Below are positions 38,401-50,707 of a DNA stretch of 64,000 nt, piece after piece; position 1 is the first letter of the stretch, and the number at the start of each line of letters is the position of its first letter. The notes under the pieces were generated by a model that saw only the letters and a program-made list of their open reading frames with translations, was not told where the DNA came from and ran no database searches. The stretch lies in contig NW_003526943.1 of the NCBI RefSeq assembly GCF_000181795.1, positions 436,487-500,486 on the forward strand, written 5' to 3'. This DNA comes from Trichinella spiralis. Taxonomy: Eukaryota. Made by a program: the position numbers and the translations under genes.

Positions 38401-38685
38401 TCGTCATCTTTTTTTCGCCTAGGATGGTGTAAATTGTTCAATTTTTTAAATTTTAATATAGAATTAGGATTTTTTGCATCAAAGATTACAAAATCTCAAA
38501 TTCACCGTCCGCTTGTCTGTATGTTTATTCGATGTACTCTGGCCGACGGTGATGGTTCAGTTGGTGGTTTGTTTTTTTTTGTGTTCTTTTACACTGCATC
38601 TTTTCGTTTAGCTTGCTTCGATTTTGTCCCTTTCTAGCTTAATATATTCAACGACCAAGCAAGCAAGCACAAGCCCACATCGTAC

Positions 38686-38725
<40 letters not shown>

Positions 38726-40056
38726 CTTGCTTGTCTGGCCGTATTCGTCCGTCATCCATTCGGCTCATTTCCACTATTTCAACGGTCATGTTGTTCGAGT
38801 TGTTGTTCGAATTGTTGTTGTTGTTGTTGTTGTTGATCAGTCTGTAAATGACCGACAGTGACCGCCGCCCGCGCGCCAGTTTCAAGGCTGATTGTGAATC
38901 GATGAATTGGTTGCTTGGCGCGGTGATCGGACATGAACGTGCCGTGCCGGTTCCGTTCGGTCCCGTCCTTGCGTGCGGCGGAGATTGGCCAGCCTCCTCC
39001 AGGTCAGTGGCCTTTAAAATGCAGCAGCAGTACTTGTGGTATTGGTAGTAGTAGTAGTAGTAGTAGTGGACGACCTCGGACGACCCGACCCGAACCAACC
39101 CAAAGCTTGTCTGGGATCACTTCCTCTGTGCATTTCGAATACGACACACCAGCTGCTGTCGTCGGTCGACGAAAACAACCGTCGCTGCTGTTGGTTCAGG
39201 TGCCCTGGTGCCGAGAAGAACGTCCGTCCGTCAGTCGCATCTCCACCATCTTCCAACGCATCCATTTTCACGCATGCAGCTTGCTTACTCACACACACAC
39301 AGTCAAACGTACGTCTGTCTATAACGCGCAGATGTACCACCGGTTCTACTGTGTATACGACGTTTGTGTCTGTCTGTTCAAACGTGGGCAAACACTAACG
39401 TCGAGCTCGCTTGGTTGCTGTTTTGGTCGCTTGCGGTCGACGTGTCGGTGCCAGTCGGCACCGTGACTACTATTAGTTACACAATGTTGTGTCTGGGTTG
39501 AGCTGAAAATTTGAATATCCAGTGAAATTTTCAATTAATCAATCAATCTATCAATCAATCAATTGTATTTTTTCTACATTCTAGTGACGTCATGTTTTCA
39601 TTATATGTATATATCGGTTCAAATGAATCCATTGGACGAGATGGAAGAGAATTGGGAAAATAATTAATTAATTGTTCATGTTTGGTTCTGTTCATTTTGT
39701 ATATTCTAAATGGATATGGAATATGGATAGAATTTTGTATGAAAACTTGTATTTTACGTGCATATGAATATGCATGCTTGTATGTTTGTGATTCGTCGAT
39801 TTGCCTGCAGTTGCAACGGAACCAGGCCAGCAGCCGGTCGTCGGTCGGAACGGCCTGAACCGGCTTCAACGTTGTTGTTTACTTGTTTGTGTGCCGCCAG
39901 TGCAACGCTGTTCAATACCGGGCGGGCGTGTTCTCATCCGAGTTGGTTGTTGGTAATTTTTCAGTCGAGCGCGGCGCCCTCATTTTCCATCTCTCCCACT
40001 CCTCTTCCCCACCTTGTTGGTGCCGTACATATACAACTGTTTCTCACTTTTACATT

Positions 40057-40094
40057 ACTCAGCTCAGCTCAGCTCAGCTCAGCTCAAATCAGAC

Positions 40095-40125
<31 letters not shown>
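40057..40125. repeat. (CTCAG)n followed by (AGAC)n microsatellites
   Basis: Visible tandem repeats upstream of the zinc-finger gene. Confidence 0.9.
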
Positions 40126-40592
40126 TTTTGTTTTCATATCTTCTCTACGATAATGATGCAATGTTGATCAACGCGCGTTGGATATTGACGACCGCGCCCT
40201 TTGAGCCCCACCATCGTGTGTGTGTGTGTGGATGGAAATGGAAATTCCGGTTTAAGAGGTGGGGTGGCCGGCCGGTCGGCTACGACCAACCTTGACCGAT
40301 TGATCAAAGCAACGCCAGGGTGTCCAGTCTGTCTGTCTGTCTGAATGTATTCGGTCGTGGCGCCATCGTGGTCGAGAATCATCAATTCGTGTTTCACTGA
40401 AAAAAAACTTATTCAATTAATATTAATTCAAATTTCGTTTCAGATTTGGAAGAGAAGAAGAGAAAAAAAAGGAAAATTTCTTCTTTTCGACAAATTTCCG
40501 TACGTGATCGTCATCAAACGTGAAAAAGCCGTGTGAAAAATTTGAATAATTAATTAATTTTCTGACGTGATTTTTCGTTTAAATTGAAATCG

Positions 40593-43500
40593 ATGAATTC
40601 GATGGAACGACGTCCGGTCAAAACGGCCCACCGTGGCGCAGAACGTTCCGAAGCGGAACCGGCGCCGAAGAGGCGAGCGACCAACGCCGGCAGTCTAGAC
40701 GACCAGCAGCAGCATTTGGACGACGACGACGACGAAGGTGTGGTCGTTGTTGTCGTCGATACTGATGCTGGTAATGGTGGTGGTGATGGTGGCGGTGATT
40801 CAACGACGACCCCGGACGACCCGGCAACGTTACAAGTATGCAAGTCGACCATTTGCAGTCATTGTGGAACGATGATCAAAAATGCGGCCAATTTGGAAGT
40901 GCACATGCGACGCCACTTGCAATACCGGCCCTACCATTGCATCCATTGTGATTATCAGGTAAGCAAGCAGACGGTGAACGTTTTTTTTTCTATTCTTCTT
41001 ATTTCTACAACTATCTCTGTTCACTCTTCTAAAACACTGGCAAATAATTTCAATTATACTATATTATTATTATTTATTAATTTGTTAAATAGGGGAAAAA
41101 AATTTTTTTTCCTTTTTTTTTCTCTCACTTCATATTGAAAATGAAAAAAATCAATAAGCGGCGAATTCGACGATCATACGGTACGATGATTGATCGCTTC
41201 ATTCTATAAATTGGTAAACAAGCAGCAAAACCTACGGGGGGACAGAGTATCTTTGCTTTTTTCTACTAACGTCAAATTCTACTGACTGATGATAGAATTC
41301 GTATTTATTTATTGGACAATAGAATTGTTTTAAAAGAACAAAAATGAAACTATTATCAAACTGTATAAATTAATATATTCTCCGAAAGAAAAGCATATTG
41401 CAAATGGATTAAATAATATCGCATTATTTGTGGTTAGAAAATTGAAACTTTTTTTCTTTAAAAAAAATTATTATTATTTGCTTGTACTTTGAAGGTTTAA
41501 AATTTTTCTTTCTCATTTTCAATTCAGTTCAGGGATGTATGTCTGTAAGTATAGCTTTGAAATGTGCATGTAGATTTTGATTCTCAACGACGGACTCGCA
41601 AAAAACAACAACAACAACAACAACAACAACCGAACAAACATGCTTTTGCAAAATGTGTAACGCACTGATGATCATGATGATATCTGCCGCGCAACGCTTG
41701 CATTCGCTTGCTAAAGGGTATCCCGTTTTGTGTATAAACTTGCTTGCGTGTTTCTTGCGAACATGTGCAGCAATTCATCACCACTGTGCTTGCTTCTGCT
41801 GCATTCGAGCGTATATCTATTTGCACAGACGTCAGTCGTATTGGTACGTTTGTGCAGTTTGAAAATTTGCCATTTCTGTTTGTATTTTGCTCAGTGTCAT
41901 TTAATTGAAAATATTGCAATAATTAGTCAATTGCAATCCTATTTTTGCGTGCATATTTCAAGCACAAAGTAAGTGTAAAATTTCCATTTAAAAATATTCT
42001 CTGACAACAAGCAGCTTTATTTTTACATTTTTTTCTCTTTCTGCTATTTTACACTTTTTTCTGTTGATCAACGTATTTTTTTTTCATCATAACAATCATG
42101 CGATTTCATTTTCATCACAGCAATGTTGATAATGATCCATTGATTGACGCTTTTCTTTTGCATCCATTTTTCAATGTGCATAATAATTCTTACAAATTTA
42201 ATAAACGTTTTATTTTATTTTTTTTTCAACAAACAAAATTGCAATAATGTTCGGAAAAAATAATTTACAAAAATAAAAGAATTTGAAATGGAAATTATCA
42301 TCTTTTTTTTAAATAAAAAGAGAAAAATCATGCACTTGTGTAGGGCTACGATGTGGACGATGTTGGTCGACATGCGACGCGTGCTCATCCGGGTTGTCAG
42401 TACAAGCTGAACTACAGGCCGGTGGCCGAGTTGGAAAGCAGCGTGAAAAGCATGATCGACGCTTGCAAGAAAATTGGCGGCGGCGCCTCGTTGAACACGG
42501 TCGACATGCTCGGTTCGAGTAGAAAATTTTCCCACGCGGTACAAATCCAAGGTCCACAGAGTTTGGCCGAATCGTCCATGTTTGCCGTCGACCACAACGG
42601 CAGCGGTGGTGGTGGTGGAGGTTTGGACGTTGGCGCCGGGTCGTTCGACTTATGCTTGGTGACCGATTCCACCATAGCGGATAGCCGTTCGTCGCCGCTC
42701 GCCATGAACATGAACTCCATGCTGACCGCTGGTCAGACGGAAAGTCAACGAGTATTTTCCGGCTTGTTGTACGCGGCGCTGGCGTCGCTCGAACTGGACA
42801 GCCTGAAATGCGGCTGTTGTGGAGATTCTGTGGCCCACCGCCCGGATTCTATTCTGCGCCACTTGCAACGGCACGTCCGCTTCAATCGGTTCCAGTGTTC
42901 GTTCTGCGGCACCGCTACGGGCAGCTTGTCGGCTTTGGAAGCCCACGCGAAATTTTCGCACGCGGATTTCAAGCCCCAGGTCTATTTGAACCAGATGCGC
43001 CACTTGGTACGACGGGAAATTTGTGCCGTGGTCGAGACGATCTTTTTGGGTGTTGGTCAGATGGCGAAGCTGAGCTGCGCGCTGTGCGACGAAAAGCTGC
43101 TCTGGCGTTGGAGTGCTCTGCTTGGCCACGTGCGCCAGCACGAAGGCAACTTCCCCTACCACTGTTTGCTGTGCAACAGTCCGTTTGTGGATCCGTTGAC
43201 GGCGTTGCAGCATTTGCAGTGCGTTCACGCCGGCCGGACGGTCAGCGCTTCTTGTTGCACCAACTTCGGCACCGAAGAGTTGGTCGAGCGGGGTCTGGCC
43301 AAATGCTTTCCAATATTCTGCGATCAAACGCTCGACCAATTGTTGCTCGTCGACAACGTCGATCCCACCGATCCGGGCAAATCTTCTTCTTCTTCTTCTT
43401 CTTCTTTCCGTCCCAACCAGCCTCTGGTCAATTTGCCAATGGTCACGCCCCGTCAGCCGACCAAATCCACCGTCTACTGTAACTTGTGTCAGGCGAAAAT

Positions 43501-46500
43501 TTCCAAAAACATGTCCTGCTTGATTGCTCACGCCAAAGTCCACCTGGCCTACAAGCCGCTCAAGTGCGAGTATTGCAATTTTCGACACTTTGCCATGTCG
43601 AAAATTCGACGTCACAACGTCCGTGTGCACGGCAACAAGCCGGTCAAAGTCAGCTATCACCCGGTGCCGGATATTGGCAAGCAGATCAAGCAGATGAAAA
43701 TCGAATGTTTCGGCTTGTTGGCTTCGACTGCACCAATAGCCCAGTCGTCGTCGTCGTCGTCGTCGCTGCTGCATCACCACCACCACCATCAGCAGCAGCA
43801 GCAGCAGCAGCAGGCTTGCGATTCACTTTACGCCGACGACGACACGTTGTTGCTGTTCGAAGACGAACTACCACCCGAGTGTAGCGCTGTGGTCGAGGAC
43901 GAGTCCCAGATTAGCGCGGTTGGCGCCAGTCCACCGACCTCGGCTAACACAACCCTGAACAGTGACGACGCCAGCGACGACGACCGGTCGCTGACTTCGC
44001 TGACCGGCGGCGATTTCAACTACAACACCGGCCTGTTCTACAACAGCTCTGCCAACGGGGAACGGGATTTGGTCGCGGTGAAAAAGGAAACATTCTCCAA
44101 CGCCGGCGATCCGACGTTGGAATTGCCCAGCCTGGGCAAGAAGATGTGCTGTTTGTGCAGCACGTACATTGCCAACAATCCGAGCTCGTTCGAAAATCAC
44201 GCCTGCAAACATCTCGACTACAAACCCTACCATTGCCACTATTGCACATACCAGTCGTACATTCGGGGCAAAGTTACCAGACACATTCAACAAGTCCACA
44301 GCGGATTGCCGGTGAAAATTATCCACAAACCTGTGCCGGGCATCAAGGATCGTATCGTGACCATGAAATTGCGTTGCTTTCCATTTTTGGCTGGCTTTGC
44401 CGGCGAAGCGCCGTCCACTTTATCCGGCACCGGTGGTGGCACTGGTAGTGGTAGTATGCCTCCGGCTGTGGCAGCGGTGGTGAACGCGTTGGCGGCCGAC
44501 GGCTCCGTCAACGTCACTGGCAGTGACCACACCCGAACCAAGGAGACTGTCGTCTGTCTGCTCTGCTCGCAGTCGATACTGTGCACCGAGACGGCATTGA
44601 CCGACCATTTGCCCAGTCATATTGCGAATAAATTTTTCCACTGTCCCGTCTGCACGTACGCTACGAATTTTTTGATTCGAGCCAAACAGCACGTGCACAG
44701 TGCCCATCCGCAGAGTCAAGAAACTCGAATTGTATGCTGTCCTGCGGACGGTATGCGTGGATTGCAAGACTTGGCAGTGAAATGTTACGGACCTCTGGCT
44801 GCGTCGCTGGTGTCATCTGACAAGCTGGCCGTTGCTGCTGCCGTTACTGCACTGGCACAGTGGAACAATAATTCCAAACCATTCAAAGTGGACGACGATG
44901 AAGACGATGACAACGGCACTATTGCTATTACCACCACTAGCAACAACAACAACAACAACAACAACTGTACCGAATCTTCATCACGAGTGGAAAATTACAA
45001 CAATTTCAAGCACCAAATGATTGGTGGAACAGAAGACGACGACGAAATGCAATCATCTCAAGCTGCGGCTGCAATAGTCGCGGCGGGATTTTTACAAGCT
45101 GCAGCTGCGGCTGCAGCCGCTGCCGCGGTACAAGCCAAAGTTGATGATATGAAAGCCAAATGTCAGCTTTGTTCGGAAATGGTTCCCAAGCAGTTGGCAA
45201 ATTTGATTCTACACTCAAGACAACATCTCGACCACAAACCGTATCAGTGCGCCTACTGCAGTTGGAAATCAGCCGAAGAAGAAGAAGTCAAACAGCACAT
45301 TACACGTTCGCATCGCAATGTGGCACTCAAGGTAAAAATTAGTGATCAATTTTTTTTAATTCAAATATTCATTATTGTTGTTGTTGTTGTTGCATGCAAA
45401 GTTTGCGAAAACTTTGCAACATTTGCACAAGTAGGTAAAAGGGATTTTTATTTGGTCTTTTTGAAATTTCTTCAAACTTATGAAAAAAGAACAAGCTTCA
45501 CATTTTAAGCTTTAATGAATGAACGACGATGAAATTATCCCATGAGAGAAGTTGTGTCGACATTGTAAAACAAAATCTCATACCGCTGAGAAAACTAAAC
45601 GCATTAATTTATTGCATATTTCAATTTGACTTGTTTATTTAAGGTTTTATTTCATCCCGAAAGGACTATGGTCAATCGTATTGCGCAACGTTGTTTTCCA
45701 AATCTCAATGTGGGCGACAGTTCTCAGCTGATTTCGAGCGGCAACGGCAACGGTAACGGCAGTCCTAACAGTCACATCACCGGCTTGACACCAGTGGTGT
45801 TGACCCCTGGCACTCCGAATGCGAATACCATTCTGCGCAAGTTGGTCTGCAAGCTTTGCAACGGCAGCATTGCGGACAATCCCAAGTCGATCGGTATTCA
45901 TGTGAAAAATCATCTCAACTACAAACCGTATCGATGTCCGTACTGTCGGTACATGTCTTGCGAACAGTCCAAAGCGAGGCGCCATGTCGAGCACGTGCAC
46001 AATATTAGCGGCGATGCGATTGAAGTGCACGCGGAAGACAATATCAAGGAGAAAATTACCGACATGAAAGCTCGATGCTTTCCAAATCTTGGCCACGTCG
46101 GACTCGGTGAAGTATACAGCAACTGTGACGATGCAGCGGCTGCTGGGAAACACCACCACCACCACCACCACCTTCTTCCTACGCTTAGTAGTGGTCAGTC
46201 AAACAAGCCGTCGTCGCTTGGTAATTTGGTTGATTCGGCGTTGCAGCAGTTCGATTGTCGTATTTGCCACGAAAAAATACCGTTTGAATCGACCGACCAC
46301 CACGCACGCACCCATCTCGGCAAGCCGTACAAATGTGCCTACTGTAGTAGTCGATTTTGGTCCGACGAGAAAGTCAAGTTCCACATACAAACCGTCCATC
46401 CGAACGCTCCGATGAATTTCGTTTTCCAGGTAGGCGGTGCTCCTCCATATGCATGTCGTCAAAGTGTATCACTTTTTCAACACTCTGTTGCTTCCATTCC

Positions 46501-49500
46501 TAACAACAATTCCTCTGCAGCGTAGTTGAACTTGTCTTTATGTAATTTTTCTTTTTTCTTTTTTTCTTTTTTTTACACTATATACATATGCACATAAATA
46601 TAAATATAAATATAAATATATATGCATATATGTGAATATATGTATGCATATAATAAATATGTGTGCGAGAGTTTTTTGTTTTTCGTTTCGTTTGTGCGTG
46701 TGTGCGTGGCATTTTTCTCTTCACGTGCTTATAATATGCAAAAAGAAAACAAACATTTTATATGAAATTTTGCTCAAATACAAAAAGAGTAAATTCGCTT
46801 AAAAATCCATTTCAAATTCTTTTCTCATATTTCATTGCATAATTTTTAGTTTGTTTTTTATTATATTGCTGTAGTTATTTTTTATGCTTTTTTTGTATTT
46901 GAGAATTCATTATAAATGTTGTAGATGAATAAATCTAAATATTAATCAATCAATCAATCAATCAATCAATGACTGTTATTTTTTAGGGAAACGAAAATGA
47001 TTCACAGTTTCACTTGATACGAAAAAAATGCTTCCCAGATATGCTGAACAGGAACAATGTTGCAGAGTGTGCAGTTGCGAACAAGGTGAAAGCGACAAAC
47101 AACAACAACAATACGAGCAGACTTAGCAACGGCTTGTCACTTGAGAGCGGTAATAGTAGTAAATTGGCATTGCTGAGCAGCGGCGGAAAATCCGATCGAC
47201 AGATTAGGACAAGCAAATTGCTCAGCGGCGTTGTTTGTCAAATATGTTCCAAAGAGGTTCCAGACGGGTCATTGGACGCTCACACAAGAAGTCATCTGGG
47301 CTTCAAGCCGTTTCATTGCGCTTATTGCAATTACAAATCGAGTTCCGCTGCAAAAGTGAAAAGTCATCAAGAATCAGCACACCCTGAACTACCACCGTTG
47401 CAACGTTGTTTCACTCAGCTAACTGAAAACATGAATCAGTTGATTACCGACATGCGTTCTGTTTGCTTTCCACAATTCGATAACAACAATGCTCAAACGA
47501 CAAAGCAGTCTTCAGAACAGCTCATATCAGAAGTAAATATACGATTTGTAAATAATCAAAAAAATTATTATTATTATTATTGTTAATTTTTTATTCAAGG
47601 CTGAGCAGTTACGATTATGTTTGGCCGGTGAACTTGAAGCCATTTCACTTTGTTGGGGTGACGATACTAGTGTCGACAGAACAGCAATGACAACAACAGC
47701 CTCGAATTGCAAGAATAGTGGTGCTTCAACAACTGTTGAACAGAATAATAATCTGATCTGTCAGCTGTGCAAAACATCTGTTAGTGGAACGATGAATTCC
47801 ATTGGTCTTCACGTGCGCAGTCATTTAAACTATGAACCGTACGCACGCATTATATATATATATAATTCAAATGATGATAATGCAAAATTTTAATTTGTAT
47901 TATTATTTTTGTTTTTGTTTTTTTAGATTCCATTGCAATTTTTGCGAGTACAAATCTTGCATTCAAGAACACGTGAAAGAACACTTGAACAACGTTCACC
48001 ACAGTAGTCAGTACGAGATGAGCTACAATGCTGAACAGGATGTTCATACGAAAATGGCCAACATGCGTCGACGTTGTTTTCCCAGAGTAGATTTTAGAGA
48101 CGAATCTGAATTGGCAATTGAATCGTTCGACATAGCTGAAAGTGAAGACGATTTGGACGAATTGGATGACGAAGAGGAGGAGGATGATCAAGATCCAGAA
48201 GAAGTAGAAGTAGAAGTAGAAGAAGAAGAAGAAGTTGATGATGATGAAGAAATAGAAGAAGAGGAAGAAGGAGCAGGTGGTGGAGTAGAAGAAGAAAAAG
48301 AAATGGAATGTGATCAGGCTGGTTCTACAGTTTTCTGGCAAAGTGGTGAATCGTTGGATTTATCCGGTGAAAGTGCCGCTCAACAAGCAAGTGTTCAGCT
48401 GGAAAGCATGGAATCTATTAGCAGTTTGATGAACACAATGCTTGGAACATCCGATTTGAATTTCACCAATCCCATTGCTGACCTGTCTGCTGTCGGTGAC
48501 ATTTCTGCGGAAGGTATTTTGTTGATCAGTAATTTTCAGTTTTAAAGAAAAATGAGAAATAAAAGTATCCATCCGTTTGATTTTTATTTTCAGGTGAAAG
48601 TTATCCAGAAGTGGAATGTCAAATTTGCTCTGAACGATTAACCAATGATGAATTGTCCAAGACGAAGCATTTGACCAAACATCTTGGCGATTATGAATTT
48701 CGCTGCTATTATTGCGATTTCAGCAGCTTTGTCCAAACGGAAACGTTGAAGCACGTGACCGCTTCGCATGCCGGTAGTCCGGTCCGAGTTACGCGGACTT
48801 CGTTGGGTACGGCTCAAATTAGCGCCGCTTACGAACGACTCGGCCAACAGTGTTTTCCTCGTGGTGGTCCACGTTCTGCCAATAATGACAATTCAATCAC
48901 GACATCAACAGCATCATCACCACCAACAAGCGGCACAACAGCAGCAGCAGCAGCAGCAGCAGCAAATACGTGTTCTGGTGGAACGCGCAAAGCCATTAAC
49001 ACCACGGCGGCGGTATTGCAAAAGATCACTTGTGCTTTGTGTTCAACAACGATAAGCTCGGCTGATGATGATCAACTGTGGGCTCACGTTCGTCGACACA
49101 AGATCCAGTCCCATTACAAATGCCCCCACTGCAGTTTCATGCATTCGCACAGTTCCAAGGCCAAAGAGCACGTCAAAGTTGAGCATTCGGACAAAGTTGC
49201 CAAATTGTCCACTGTTCAGATGGACGTTGACGACGAAACAGTCTGGCGTGGTCGGTGTTTTCCGGACTGGAATGTCCATGCTGGGGACGATGGGGAATTG
49301 GACGACCTGGATGAACTTGAAGAGGTGGACGATGAAGAGGAAAATGACGATGAAAACGGTGCTTCCAATGCAGCCAGTGCAACTGCGACGAAACGTCGCT
49401 CTGCAACTACGCGGGTCTTGTCCGCTGACGGTCCGAGGTACATTTGTCAGCTGTGCAAAAGTCCAGTGTCCATGTACGCGAGCTCGTTGTACGTCCATGT

Positions 49501-50668
49501 GAAAAATCACATGAATTACAAGCCGTACTGTTGCGGAAACTGTGACTACAAATCGCCGGTGAAATCCAAAGTCAGACGACACATCCAGAACGCTCACAAA
49601 AATGTATCAGCGACGATCAACTATTTCCCCACTCCGGGCATTGATCACGAAGTGCTCAGGTGGAAGAAGAAATGCTTTCCAGAAGTAACATCGTTCGCCA
49701 CGTTGGCAAACGACAAAGTTCCTTGTTTTGTTTGCAAAACTGACGTTGCTGATACGTTTTTATCAAAATCTGTCCATGCAAAAAATCATCTAGACTCGAA
49801 ACCTTATCATTGCGGCTATTGCTTGTACAAGAGTTGTTTACGGGGAGAGACCAGACGTCACGTGGTGCGTCAGCATCTCGGTTTGCCGGTCAATGTGGTC
49901 TTTGTCGACAAGGAAGTGGCGACCAAAGAGAAAGTGACGCGAATGATTGAACAATGCTTTGGCAGTGCTGGTACGAGTAAGAAGTCTGCCACATCGACGC
50001 AGAAACAAGGAGGAAATACCGTTCCAAAGAGCCTCAAATCGACCGTGAGCTGTGTCGAAGAGAAAAAGGGAAATGGTAAAATTTCAATTGGTAGCAGCAG
50101 TTCTGTTGCTTCTTCTTCTTCTTCTTCATTAGTAAGTCGTAGTGGATCGTCGTCAAACACCACTACAACAGCTATGACAACAGCAACAGCAGCAACAACA
50201 ACAACAACAACAACAAGTGGTCGTCAGTCTTCAAGTAGTGGTCAACAACGCCAACAGTCAGCAAATTCAACCAGTGTCAGCAATGCTAACGCTGCTGGTG
50301 CTGCTGCTGCTGCTACTACTACTACTACTACTACTACTGCTACTACTACTACTACTACTACTGGTGGTGGTTCGTCGATATCACCGTCAGGATATAATTT
50401 ACGCACTACAAGAGCATCGTCATATCGTTTGCAGGCAGCTACCGCGGCCGCTACAGCGACTACATCTAGAGTATCTAAAAAAGAAACGAACAAAGAAGCA
50501 ACCGCAACAACTTCCGACGTTCGTCTTGGTCAGCCTTATCGCGTATGGCATTGCAGCTATTGCGATTACATGGCCCACAGCAAATATATTGTTAAGCAAC
50601 ATTGTGTCAGCGAGCATCCTGGCCAACCGGTGGAAGTTTTGGACGTAAATCGAATGTGCAAGAAATAG
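40593..50668 (+). CDS. Large multi-C2H2 zinc-finger protein, ~2528 aa, ~31 fingers (15 pairs + 1). Exons 40593-40958, 42344-45331, 45644-46429, 46987-47532, 47600-47838, 47927-48513, 48594-50668
   Basis: All six GT-AG introns join in frame and restore split fingers, e.g. CIHCDYQ|GYDVDDVGRH and HLNYEP|FHCNFC. Repeated CxxC...HxxxH-L.YKPY.CxxC...HxxxxH motifs occur throughout, with low-complexity S/A/T/Q/H/N and acidic linkers. Confidence 0.9.

Positions 50669-50707
<39 letters not shown>

Noticed and set aside
7382..39592. TGACGTCA (CRE) palindromes at 7382, ~18334, 37307 and 39585
   Set aside because: Few copies, one inside coding sequence, and not clearly above chance without a statistical test.
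26844..40536. Dozens of 60-180 aa ORFs with poly-L/C/S/T/V/Y runs
   Set aside because: Produced by microsatellites and locally high GC. They mostly have non-ATG starts and no recognisable domain or consistent splice chain.
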